From positions 1 through 64,000 of the forward strand of contig CAVPCT010000007.1 of the NCBI GenBank assembly GCA_963702475.1: a DNA stretch of 64,000 bases. The letters run 5' to 3'. Of the stretch, positions 38,815-48,572 are shown piece after piece (positions within the stretch are counted from its first letter, which is position 1; every line of letters starts with the position of its first letter). The notes under the pieces were generated by a model. The model made no database searches. It was not told the DNA's origin and was given only the letters and a program-made list of their open reading frames with translations. Source of the stretch: an uncultured Thermoleophilia bacterium (GTDB taxonomy: Bacteria; Actinomycetota; Thermoleophilia; UBA2241). A program made the translations under genes and the position numbers.

Positions 38815-40743
38815 ATGGGATTCAGGGCATCGGCGCTGGCGGCGCTACGAGGCGAGCTTCCGGAAGGGCTGCCGTACGCGCCGCGCCTCGACCTCTGGCA
38901 CACGGCCCGCCTCGCCTCGGGGACCATGCCGCGCCAGTACGAAGGCGCATCCATCGAGGAAATCTGCCGTGCCGAGGGCTGGGGCATCTACCTGCTGACC
39001 GCCAGCTTCGTCGGCCTGATCTCCTCGGACGAGGCCATGGCGCAGAGCGCCCTCGGCCTCTACGCGCCGCCCGAGTGCGGCTACCGGCTTGCGTTCGGGG
39101 ACGGTGTCGGCATGACGTGGCGACGCCGCGGCGAGCTTCTCGATGTGGAGGCCGAGACGGACAGCGGCACACTGCACACTACGCTGAGCCACACCGCCGA
39201 GATGCTGCGCAACGGGATCACGTATCCGTGGGTCTCGGAGCCTCTCGTCAAGAAGTTCAGCGACTGGCGCGTGGTCGCCGACCTGTTCCGCTCACTGAGG
39301 CTCGTTCCGGACCCGGAGACCTATCGCGGGGCTAGGCAGCGCGTCGGCGAAGACGGCGCCGTGATCTCGGCGGCCAGCGAGCCGGGATCCCCCATGCATC
39401 ACGTCCAGAAGCACTTCTTTCCCGGCACGGAGTTCTACCTGCTCTACAACGATCGGCGGGCGGAGCTCGAGGAGTTCGCGGCCGCCATCACGCCCTTCTA
39501 CGAGCAGCTGCTCGAGTTCTATGCGCGCGCCGACGTCGACGGTGTGACCTGGGGTGGCAACTTCGACGAGACGATCACGTACGCGCCCTTCTTCGAGGAG
39601 CAGATCCTGCCCTGGCTGCAGCGCGCTTCGGACGTACTCCGTCCGCGTGGCATCCCCCTGCTGACGCACTGCGACGGCGAGAACCGCGGGCTGATGGAGC
39701 TCATCAGGACATCCGGCATCGACGCCGCGGAGTCCGTCTGCCCGTATCCGATGACGGCCCTGACCCTGCGCGAGTATTACGAGAGCTGGGGTGACGACCT
39801 GTGCATCGTCGGAGGCATCCCGGCCGAGTACCTCATCCCGGAGCAGACGTCGATAGACGATCTCTCCGACTATCTGAGCTACCTGCTGCGCGCCGTGGCT
39901 CCCGGTCGTCGTTTCATCGCGGGTGTCACCGACGCCGTGCCGCCGGACGCCGACTTCGACCGCTTGCGACGCGTGCACGAGTTCTTCGAGGGCCGTGGGA
40001 GACTGCCGCTCGCCGTGGGCCCGATGCCCGACATCTTCGGCGAACGCGCGGCGGCGACCGCTCCGCGGGCCGCGCCGGTCCAGGACGAGTTCATCGCGCT
40101 GGAGGCCGCCGTCCTCGCCGGTGACGAGGCCGGCGTCGCCGACGCCTGCCGGCGTCTGCTCGCAGCGGGACAGACGGGGCGGGCGATCCTGGACGGCGGC
40201 CTCATCCGCGCCATGGACGTCATCGGAGTGCGGTTCGCTGCTGGTGAGGCGTTCATCCCGGAGATGCTGCTCGCGGCTCGCGCGATGCAGGCGGGAGTCG
40301 ATGCGCTGGAGCGCGCGCTCGTCGACGAGGAGGGCGCCTCGCGGTCGCAGGGGTCGGTCGTCATGGGCACCGTGAAGGGCGACCTCCACGACATCGGCAA
40401 GGACCTCGTGGTCCTCCTGCTGCGTGGCGGCGGATTCGACGTAGTGGACCTCGGCACCGACGTCCCGGTCGAGGAGTTCCTCCACGCGCTGCGCGAGCAT
40501 CGGGCTCCGCTCCTGGGTCTCAGTGCCCTGTTGACCACGACCATGCCGCAGATGGCTCAGGTGATCGACGCTCTGGTCGCGTCCGGCGAGCGCGACCGCG
40601 TGCGCGTCATGGTCGGCGGTGCTCCGGTCACGGCACGCTTCGCCCGCGACATTGGGGCTGACGGCCACGGCTCAAGCGCCGGCGATGCGGTGACCGTCGC
40701 CCGCCACCTTCTGGCGGAGGTCCGTGGCGGGTCGCCGGAGTGA
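38815..40743 (+). CDS. Fusion: uroporphyrinogen decarboxylase/MtaA-fold domain + corrinoid (B12-binding) protein
   Basis: N-terminal URO-D-like part (FFEEQILP, THCDGEN, GGIP, DAVPP). C-terminal cap FIPEMLLAARAM and B12 motifs GDLHDIGK, LSALLTTT, VMVGGAPVT. Confidence 0.85.
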   Translation: MGFRASALAALRGELPEGLPYAPRLDLWHTARLASGTMPRQYEGASIEEICRAEGWGIYLLTASFVGLISSDEAMAQSALGLYAPPECGYRLAFGDGVGMTWRRRGELLDVEAETDSGTLHTTLSHTAEMLRNGITYPWVSEPLVKKFSDWRVVADLFRSLRLVPDPETYRGARQRVGEDGAVISAASEPGSPMHHVQKHFFPGTEFYLLYNDRRAELEEFAAAITPFYEQLLEFYARADVDGVTWGGNFDETITYAPFFEEQILPWLQRASDVLRPRGIPLLTHCDGENRGLMELIRTSGIDAAESVCPYPMTALTLREYYESWGDDLCIVGGIPAEYLIPEQTSIDDLSDYLSYLLRAVAPGRRFIAGVTDAVPPDADFDRLRRVHEFFEGRGRLPLAVGPMPDIFGERAAATAPRAAPVQDEFIALEAAVLAGDEAGVADACRRLLAAGQTGRAILDGGLIRAMDVIGVRFAAGEAFIPEMLLAARAMQAGVDALERALVDEEGASRSQGSVVMGTVKGDLHDIGKDLVVLLLRGGGFDVVDLGTDVPVEEFLHALREHRAPLLGLSALLTTTMPQMAQVIDALVASGERDRVRVMVGGAPVTARFARDIGADGHGSSAGDAVTVARHLLAEVRGGSPE

Positions 40744-40830
40744 CTGCCCATGCCCGGCCGTGCGCCGAACGCTGGACCTCAGCGTGATCACGGCGGCGGG
40801 CCGGGGCCGGCGGACGATCGGCGTCGAGAC

Positions 40831-42045
40831 ATGACGCGGACCACGGGCGCGTCCGCGGTGACGCGGGCGCGGGGCCACGCAGCCGGGTTCCCGCGTCCGT
40901 TCTGGCTGCTGCTCACCGGCGGCTGGTTCATCTACGTCCTGGGCTACGAGGGCGGCTTTCCGTTCGAGTCCATCTATCTCAACGAGAAGCTGGGCATCTC
41001 GGTCACGGCGATCGGCCTGATCTACGGGTTGTCGCAGCTGGCCGGCCTGCCGGCCCAGGTGGCGGGCGGGGCGGTGCTCGACCACGTCGGCCGCCGCACG
41101 GTCATGCTGTTCGGCATCCTCGCCACGGTCGTGCTGTTCCTGGGTCTCGCCTTCGTACATAGCATCCCCCTGGTCATCGGCCTCATCGTCTTCGAGGCGG
41201 CCTTCGGCTGGGGCATGTTCCAGATGTCCAGCAACGCCATCGTCAGCGACGTGCTCCCCGAGGCGCGACGCACCGAGGGCTACAGCATCACGAGGACGGC
41301 CTCCAGCGCCGGCATCGTGGTGGGTCCGCTTCTGGGCGGGCTGCTGCTGCGGCACGACCCGAGCTTCCGCTGGCCGTTCATCGCCGGCGGGGCGTTCTGC
41401 TCGCTCATCTTCGTCATTGCGCTGGTGCGGCTGCCGGAGACGCGACCGGCGCTCGCCGCCGCGCACAAGAGCGTGCGGGCCACGTTCGCCGGCTACGTCA
41501 CCGTGCTCAAGGACCGGCGCATGCTCACGCTCGCGGCCGTGACCCTGCTGCCGCTGTACTGCCACGGCCAGTTCCTCATGACGTTCCCGATCCTTCTCAA
41601 GGGCACCGTGGGGATGTCGTCGAGCGCTGTGGGGTTGATGTACTCGGTGTACGCGCTGAGCAACGTGCTCGTGCAGTACCCTATGGGGCGCCGCTTGCGG
41701 CACGCCGACCGCATGAAGGTGCTGGCCGTGGCCAGCACCTTCATGGGCGTCGGCCTGTTCGGCGCCGCGTTCGCGCCGCGCGGCGTGGCCACCGCGGCGT
41801 TCGTCGTGGTCGTGAGCTTCGGGACGGCGCTGCTCATGCCGTTCAGCGTCACGGCCATCTCACACCTCGCGCCCCTGCGACTGCGCGGCCGGTACATGGG
41901 CGCCTGGACGCTGGTGTGGACCGCAGGCGTCGCGCTGGGACCGATCTTCGGCGGGCTCCCGATGGACAGGCTCGGGGGGCGCGGCGCCTACACGCTGGTG
42001 CTGGCTGCGGGGCTCGTCGGCGCGGCGCTGTACCTGGTACTGTAG
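40831..42045 (+). CDS. MFS transporter
   Basis: About 12 hydrophobic helices; motif A GGAVLDHVGRR; GPLLGG; RGRYMG. Confidence 0.9.
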   Translation: MTRTTGASAVTRARGHAAGFPRPFWLLLTGGWFIYVLGYEGGFPFESIYLNEKLGISVTAIGLIYGLSQLAGLPAQVAGGAVLDHVGRRTVMLFGILATVVLFLGLAFVHSIPLVIGLIVFEAAFGWGMFQMSSNAIVSDVLPEARRTEGYSITRTASSAGIVVGPLLGGLLLRHDPSFRWPFIAGGAFCSLIFVIALVRLPETRPALAAAHKSVRATFAGYVTVLKDRRMLTLAAVTLLPLYCHGQFLMTFPILLKGTVGMSSSAVGLMYSVYALSNVLVQYPMGRRLRHADRMKVLAVASTFMGVGLFGAAFAPRGVATAAFVVVVSFGTALLMPFSVTAISHLAPLRLRGRYMGAWTLVWTAGVALGPIFGGLPMDRLGGRGAYTLVLAAGLVGAALYLVL

Positions 42046-42318
42046 CGGCGCGGGACGATGGAGCGTCGCGACGACACGCCCGGTGTCAGTTGAGCGCTAC
42101 TCGCCGGCCAGGGGTGAGATGCGCCGGTGTCGCAGTGAGCCGGAGCATTTCGCCCGCTCTGCGGGCGCTGACCTCGTCATGCCGACCGACGTCAACGCCG
42201 AGATCGAGCACTTGGTGAGCCTCATCGCGGCCGAGGCTCACCCTCTGCGCACACATGCCGCACACCATGCAGATCGGCCGATCCCCGTGGCTGGCCAAGG
42301 GACCGCTCAGGATCGCAA

Positions 42319-42657
42319 CTATCCCCGTATGGATCCTGTCGTCGAACGAGCAGCAGGTACGAGCCGGATCTCGACCTCACAGCCGACGGCCCGCGCGTAC
42401 CTTTTGAGCGTACTCACAGAGGGCGAGTGCTCACCGAAGGTCTCCAGCCGCGAGACGGCGCTCTTGGTCGTGCCCATCGATGCGGCGACCTGCTCTTGGG
42501 TGAGTCCGGCCCTGGCGCGGGCGGCCAGGAGCTCGCGGATGAGGCCGTACTCGTCGGCCCGCTCGGCGTAGGCGGCGGCGAAGCCCTTGCGCTTCATGGC
42601 CCGGGCCAGGAACTCGTCGTGATCGTGGGCGACCGGGCGGTACTCGCGCTCAGCCAT
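42319..42657 (-). CDS. XRE/HTH_3 antitoxin
   Basis: ARARAGLTQEQVAASMGTTKSAVSRLE, PSVSTLKRYARA. Confidence 0.88.
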   Translation of the reverse strand: MAEREYRPVAHDHDEFLARAMKRKGFAAAYAERADEYGLIRELLAARARAGLTQEQVAASMGTTKSAVSRLETFGEHSPSVSTLKRYARAVGCEVEIRLVPAARSTTGSIRG

Positions 42658-42979
42658 CACACACCTCCTTCATCCTGCGGCGGGCGGTCTGCAGGTGTCG
42701 CGCCGGCGTCGTCGGCGTCTTCTTGACGAAGGCGTGGAGCACGACCACCCGCTCGCCGATGAGATAGCAGTACAACGCCCGTCCGACGCCCTCGTGGCTG
42801 CGGGGACGGAGCTCGAACAGGCCGCCTCCGAGGGCTCGCGAGTGCGGCATCCGCAGGTCTGGGCCGAACTCCATCAGCAGTTCGACGAGGCGCGCGTAGT
42901 CGGCCAGCACTCTGACCGGCCAACGCTCGATCTCGGCGAGTGCGCGTTCGTTGAAGTATTCGACGGAATACAGCCTGAC
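42650..42979 (-). CDS. RelE/ParE-superfamily toxin (phage Gp49-like); start approximate
   Basis: GPDLRMPHSRALGGGLFELR, VLHAFVKKT; toxin-first order. Confidence 0.85.
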   Translation of the reverse strand, partial: VRLYSVEYFNERALAEIERWPVRVLADYARLVELLMEFGPDLRMPHSRALGGGLFELRPRSHEGVGRALYCYLIGERVVVLHAFVKKTPTTPARHLQTARRRMKEVCDG

Positions 42980-43247
42980 TCCGAAGTTAGCGGATACGCG
43001 AACACGCGTCAATGTGCGACGGCGGTCGAGGGTCCTCACCGACCCATGATATGGAGATGGACTGCCCGCAGGGAGGATGACGATCGTCGGCGCCGGTTGA
43101 CGTTGCCAGGCAGCGCACGCACAACGGACGCCGAGCAACCAGGCGGACGTCGCGCGCCCCCTGGTGGACGGGCATGATTGGATCTGGCGCACCAGGGCTC
43201 CGCAGCCGTGCCGTCCGGCAGGCCTGGAATGCGCCCGGGGCGGCGGG

Positions 43248-44433
43248 TCAAGCCGAGCGGGCCTCCAGCGCCTCGCGGATAGTCCGCCCGAGGCGTGCGG
43301 CGCCCTCGCGCAACTCGTCCGGCGCGTACATGCTGAAGCCCAGGCGGATGCCGCGGTCGGTGCGGTCCACGGCGAAGCGGGTGCCCTCCATGAAGCCGAC
43401 GCCGTTGGCCTCGCCGGCAGCGACGAGGTCGCCGGACGCGAGGCCCTCAGGCAGCCGGACGAGCAGGAAGAGGCCGCCGGCCGGGCGCGCGAAGCGGCAG
43501 CCGGCGGGCAGGTGCTCGGTCAGGCCTTCAACAAGCGCGTCGCGGCGCGCGGCGTAGTGGCCGCGCAGGGACTCGACGTTGGCCTCGGTACGCGCCCTCG
43601 AGCACGAGTCGCGCGGCCACCAGTGAAGTGAACTGGCTCATGCAGCCGGCGCTGTCGAACACGGCGCGTTCGGTGAACTCGAGCACGCGACCCGGTCCGG
43701 ACGTGACCCAGCCGCAGCGCAGGCCGGGCGAGAGCGTCTTGGAGAAGCTGCCGAGGCGGATGACGTGCTCGTCGGCGCCGTCGACGTCGCTCGCGATCCG
43801 CCAGAGTGACGGCGGCGGCGGGGCGTCGTACCAGAGCTCGCGGTAGGCGTCGTCCTCGATGACGATAAGATCCTCTTCGACCGCGAGCTCGACCAGCTTG
43901 CGTCGCCTGGCCGCGGACATGCACACGCCGACCGGGTTGTGGAAGGTGGCGACGGTGTAGACCATGCGCGGCCGACGTCCGCTCGCGCGCACGTCCTTGA
44001 CGGCCTGCGCCAGGCCCTCGACGTCGAGGCCGTCGGCGTCCAGCGGGACGGCCACGAGGTCGAGCCTCGTGTCGCGCGCCATACGGATGCCGAGGCTGAA
44101 GCCGGGGTCCTCCATGAAGACCACGTCACCGGGTTCGACGAGATGCGCGAACAGCAGCTGGATGGACGGCGAGCAGCCGTTGGTGACGGCGATCTGCGGC
44201 AGGTCGACCGGCAGGCCCTCGACGGCCGCGATGTGCTGCGCGAACGCGGTCCGCGCCGCGCCCGGCCCCTCGTTGACGCCGTAGTTCAGCGCGGCCTCGC
44301 CCACGGTGTCGGTGACCCACAGCATGGCGTCGCGGATCGCGGCCACCGGGATGAGCCGGGGGTCGGGGTCGCCCCAGCGCAGCTCGATGATGCCGGGGCG
44401 CATGATGGCCTGGGGTTCGACGACGAAGTCCAC
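43248..44433 (-). CDS. Class I/II PLP aminotransferase (2-aminoadipate transaminase/MocR-like), frameshift near 43590
   Basis: LNYG, FHNPVG, IEDDAY, GSFSKTLSPGLRCGW; C-terminus GGLF...IRLGFS...ARSA* in a second frame. Confidence 0.85.
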
Positions 44434-44623
44434 GGACGCATTGTATCGGGCGGGGCAAGGGCGCCCGGCGGGCGTCCTCGTCGGGAGGCGTGCGACGCCG
44501 CCCTGTGGCGTTGCGCCCGCCGGCGCCCGCCGGGCCGTTTTGCCGCGGTCGGCGGGCGTGCTAGCGTGAGGCCGGCGCCGCCGCAGGCGGGCGCCGGTGT
44601 ATGACGTGCGGGAGGTCATCGGG

Positions 44624-45413
44624 TTGAGGGCATCGCTCATGGTCACGTGCCTCGGCGACGCCCTGTACCCCGAGGTCGGGGAGAGCGTCATGGCCGTCCT
44701 CCGCAACCTGGGCGTGACCCTGGACTTCCCGGCCGGCCAGACGTGCTGTGGCCAGCCGGCCTTCAACAGTGGGTACGTGGACGACGCGCGGCGCTCGGCC
44801 CGCGCCTTCATCGACGCTTTCGAGGGCAGCGAGCACGTCGTCTCGATCTCCGGGTCGTGCGCGGCCATGGTGCGGCAGCACTATCCCCTGCTGTTCCCGG
44901 CGGGGCGCGAGCGCGCGCGGGCCGAATCCCTCGCCGCGCGCACCTGGGAGTTCTCGCAGTTCCTCACCGACGTGCTGGGCGTCGAGCGCCTTCCGGTGAC
45001 GTACCGTGCCGTGGCGACCCTGCACCACTCCTGCCACACGATGCGCCTGCTCGGCGTGCGCGAGGGGCCCGAGCGCCTGCTCGGCATGGTCGACGGCCTG
45101 GAGTACCGGCCGCTGGCGCGTGCCGAGGACTGCTGCGGCTTCGGCGGCACCTTCGCCGTCAAGATGGCGGCGATCTCCGGCGAGATGGTCGACCGCAAGG
45201 CGAGCCACGTGCTGGAGACCGGGCGCCGGCCTGCTCGTGGGCCTGGACATGAGCTGCCTGATGAACATCGGCGGCCGCCTGCGGCGCCGCGGGGCCCGGG
45301 TCGCCGTCAAGCATCTGGCGCAGGTGCTGGCCGAGGGCTGGCGGGTCGACGGTAGGACGGCGGCGGCGGGCGGAGCGGCAGGAGCGGCCCGCGCGGCAGG
45401 AGCGGCCCGGTGA
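44624..45413 (+). CDS. lutA: Lactate utilization protein A (CCG-domain Fe-S), frameshift near 45225
   Basis: TCLGD, QTCCGQPAFNSG, SGSC, HHSCH, CCGFGGTF, DMSCLMNI. Confidence 0.88.
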
Positions 45414-46828
45414 CGCCGAGTCCCGGACGCGAGCGGTTCGATGCCCAGGTGGCCAAGGCGCTCGGCGACCGCCGTCTGCAGGACTGGCTGGCGGACTTCC
45501 AGCGGCTGGGCCAGGAGGCCTACGTCGAGGCCATGGGCGAGTTGGACGACAGGGAGGCCTGGCGCGACGCGCTCTCCGAGATCCGCGCTCATACGGTCGC
45601 GAACCTCGACCGCTACGTGGACCAGTTCGCGACCAACGTGGAGGCCAACGGCGGTCACGTATTCTTCGCGGCGACGGCCGCCGAGGCGCGCGAGTACGTG
45701 CTGCGGGTCGCGCGGTCCATCCCGGCGCGGCGCGTCGTCAAGGCCAAGTCCATGGTGACCGAGGAGATCGACCTGAACGCCGCGCTCGAGGCGGCCGGCA
45801 TGGAGGTCGTGGAGACCGATCTGGGCGCGTTCATCGTCCAGCTCACCCATGAAGACCCGTACCACATCATCGCCCCGGCCCTGCACCTCACGCTCGAGCA
45901 GGTGCGCGAACTGTTCTCCCGCGAGTCCGGCGAGGATCTGCCCGCGGAGCCCGATGTCCTGGCTGCCTACGCGCGCCGGCGGCTGCGCGAGAAGTTCCTG
46001 ACCGCCGAGCTGGGCATCAGCGGCGGCAACTTCGGCATCGCCTCGACGGGCACCGTCGTGCTGGTCACCAACGAGGGCAACGGTCGCATGTCGACGACGC
46101 TGCCCGGTACCCACGTCGCCGTGATGGGCATGGAGCGCCTGCTGCCGGATTGGGAGAGCCTGGACACGGCGCTCACCCTGCTCACGCGCGCCGGCACGTC
46201 GCAGCGCATCTCGACGTACGTCAGCGCCATCTCCGGGCCGCGGCGGGACGGGGACCGGGACGGCCCGGACGAGCTGCACGTCGTGCTCCTCGACAACGGC
46301 CGCTCGCGGATCCTCGGCACGCAGTACGAGCCGGTGCTGAAGTGCGTGCGCTGCGGGGCCTGCCTCGACCACTGCCCCGTATATGGCTGCATCGGCGGGC
46401 ACGCGTACAGCCGGGTGTACACCGGGCCGATCGGTGCCGTGCTCACGCCGCTGCTGGATGGGCTCGACGAGCACGTCGAGCTCCCGTACGCGTCGAGCCT
46501 GTGCGGGGCGTGCGTGGACGCGTGCCCGGCGCGGGTGCCGCTCACCGACCTGCTGCTGGCGCTACGCGCCGAGGCCGTCTCTTCGGGCCGTCAGCCGCGG
46601 AGCTGGCGCGCGGGGATGCGTGGCTACGCCGAGGTCACGGCGCGCCCGGCCATCTGGGACGCGGCCGTGCGTGCGGCGGGCGCGCTGGCACGCCCGTTCG
46701 CGCCCGGCGGGTACGTGCGCTCGGCGCCCGGCCTGCTCGGCAAGTGGACGGCCGCCCGCGACCTCAAGGTGCCGGTGGCCCGCAGCTTCCGGCGTCGCCG
46801 GCGCGAGTCCGGCGGCCGGGGGAGCTGA
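45410..46828 (+). CDS. lutB: Lactate utilization protein B (LUD + 4Fe-4S)
   Basis: KSMVTEE, ETDLG, NEGNGR, DGPDELHVVLLDNGRS, CVRCGACLDHCPVY, SSLCGACVDACP. Confidence 0.92.
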   Translation: MTPSPGRERFDAQVAKALGDRRLQDWLADFQRLGQEAYVEAMGELDDREAWRDALSEIRAHTVANLDRYVDQFATNVEANGGHVFFAATAAEAREYVLRVARSIPARRVVKAKSMVTEEIDLNAALEAAGMEVVETDLGAFIVQLTHEDPYHIIAPALHLTLEQVRELFSRESGEDLPAEPDVLAAYARRRLREKFLTAELGISGGNFGIASTGTVVLVTNEGNGRMSTTLPGTHVAVMGMERLLPDWESLDTALTLLTRAGTSQRISTYVSAISGPRRDGDRDGPDELHVVLLDNGRSRILGTQYEPVLKCVRCGACLDHCPVYGCIGGHAYSRVYTGPIGAVLTPLLDGLDEHVELPYASSLCGACVDACPARVPLTDLLLALRAEAVSSGRQPRSWRAGMRGYAEVTARPAIWDAAVRAAGALARPFAPGGYVRSAPGLLGKWTAARDLKVPVARSFRRRRRESGGRGS

Positions 46829-46830
46829 CG

Positions 46831-47443
46831 GTGGACCGCGAGCAGTACCTCGGCCGCATCGCGTCGCGTCTCGGGCGTCGCCGCGACCAGGCTGTGCCCC
46901 CCGTGCCCCGGCGTGCGTCCGCCGCGGCCGGGCCGGACCGCGAGGCGCTGGTGCAGCGCTTCTGCGAGCGCCTCGCCGGCGTCTCCGGCGCGGCGGTCGT
47001 GGCTGCCGACCGCGCCGCGGCGCGCGCCGCGGTCGAACGCCTCGTGGCCGGGCACGGCATGGACGCTGGACTGCCCGGCGGTGCTGCGCTGGCCGGCCGT
47101 CGAGGGCCTGTGCGCCGCCGATCCCAGCGGCGCCGACTACGGCCTGAGCGAGGCGCGCTGGGCGATCGCCGAGACCGGGACCGTGGTGCTGTGGCACGAC
47201 GACGCCACGCCGCGGGCGGCATCGCTCGTCCCGCCGGCCGCCGGGGTGTTCGTGCCGGCGTCGGCGATCGTGCCGCGGCTCGGCGACATCACCGCGCGCC
47301 TCGCCGCGACGGAGCGGCGCGACCTGCCTGCCTGCGTGACCTTCATGAGCGGCCCGAGCCGCAGCATGGATATCGGCTACGTGAGCTGCATGGGCGTGCA
47401 CGGCCCGGGCGAGGTCGTCGTCTGGGTCATCGCCGACGAGTAG
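46831..47443 (+). CDS. lutC: Lactate utilization protein C (LUD domain), frameshift near 47060
   Basis: IAETGTV, SLVPP, SGPSRSMDI, GVHGP. Confidence 0.85.
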
Positions 47444-47541
47444 CGAGCGGGCGCGCGCCGCTTCGCCGGCGCGCCCGTCCGTTGCTTCGCCGGTCCCTCA
47501 TCGTCGTCACGAATGCGGAGCCGGCAGATGAGTCCGTGCTC

Positions 47542-48147
47542 TCACGCCCTCGGGAGCGCCGGGCCTGCCCGGCGGTTGCCCCGCAGCGCGCTGTGGGTTC
47601 CGGGGGCCCGTGAGGTGGGAGCCGCGTCCGACGGCGTTGCGGACGGGCGCCGCATAACGTAGCGGTCCTCGTCGTCCCGGTAGAAACCGGCGACGTACTC
47701 CTTCTCGGCGAAGCCCAGAGCTTCGTAGCGGCGCACGTCGTCGGCGTGCGCGGGATCGACCGTGAGGAAGCACGCGGCGCCCGACGTGGCATCGACTTCG
47801 TCGAGGAGGGTCTTGAAGAGCCGCGTGCCGATGCCGCGCCGCCGGTACTCGGCGGCGACCATCACCTTGTGCACGAAGAGTTCGCCGCCGAGTACCGGGA
47901 AGGCGACGATGGCGCCCACCAGGGCGCCGCGCTCGCGCGCGACGAAGACCCAGGCGCCGTCGATCCAGATGCGCCACACGTGCTCTCCGTCCGGGATGCG
48001 TTCGGGGTGGGCGCCGTCGCTCCAGGCCACCGCGTCGAGGGCGGCCGTCGCCGCGGCGTCGCCGGGGCGGGCGGTCTCGATGGCGAGGCCGGCCCCGGCG
48101 TCCTGGCAAGCGAGGGCGCCTGGTGCGACGCCGGCAGGGCGCTCCAT
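47542..48147 (-). CDS. GNAT-family N-acetyltransferase
   Basis: VMVAAEYRRRGIGTRLF, YEALGF; GGAGG RBS. Confidence 0.8.
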   Translation of the reverse strand: MERPAGVAPGALACQDAGAGLAIETARPGDAAATAALDAVAWSDGAHPERIPDGEHVWRIWIDGAWVFVARERGALVGAIVAFPVLGGELFVHKVMVAAEYRRRGIGTRLFKTLLDEVDATSGAACFLTVDPAHADDVRRYEALGFAEKEYVAGFYRDDEDRYVMRRPSATPSDAAPTSRAPGTHSALRGNRRAGPALPRA

Positions 48148-48572
48148 GATGCCTACCTCCGGACGGCGGTGAACGTGATGGGGCGAGTGTACCAGTCTGG
48201 ATCACCCTTCGGTCCCGGAGACCCCAGGGGGCGTAGAAAGCTCGCGCCGCCGCGCAGCAACGGTGGGGCTCCGCTCGATGGGCCGCGCGAGCGACCGGCC
48301 CGGGGCGGTGTCGAGGGTGGGCGGGAGAGGACGGGCGAGCACGGTGTCAGAACGCACGTACCCGCATGTCCGCGTACGCCGACAAGGGGCAGACCCAGCC
48401 CCGTGATCAGGCGGCCCGCCGCGTTCTCGCCCGGTCCAGGCGGCGTCGCAGTGGCGTAGACCATGAGCGAGTCCGCAGCGCCGCTGAGCTCCGCCATGTC
48501 GCGCAACGCAGCGGGCGTCTGCGGCGGACAGGTCGCGCAGATGAGCTGTGGCGTCGCCCACCCCGCCGCGGG

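Noticed and set aside
48153-48506. 117-aa ORF between the GNAT gene and satP
   Set aside because: No recognisable family and a Pro/Arg-rich second half; treated as intergenic or remnant.
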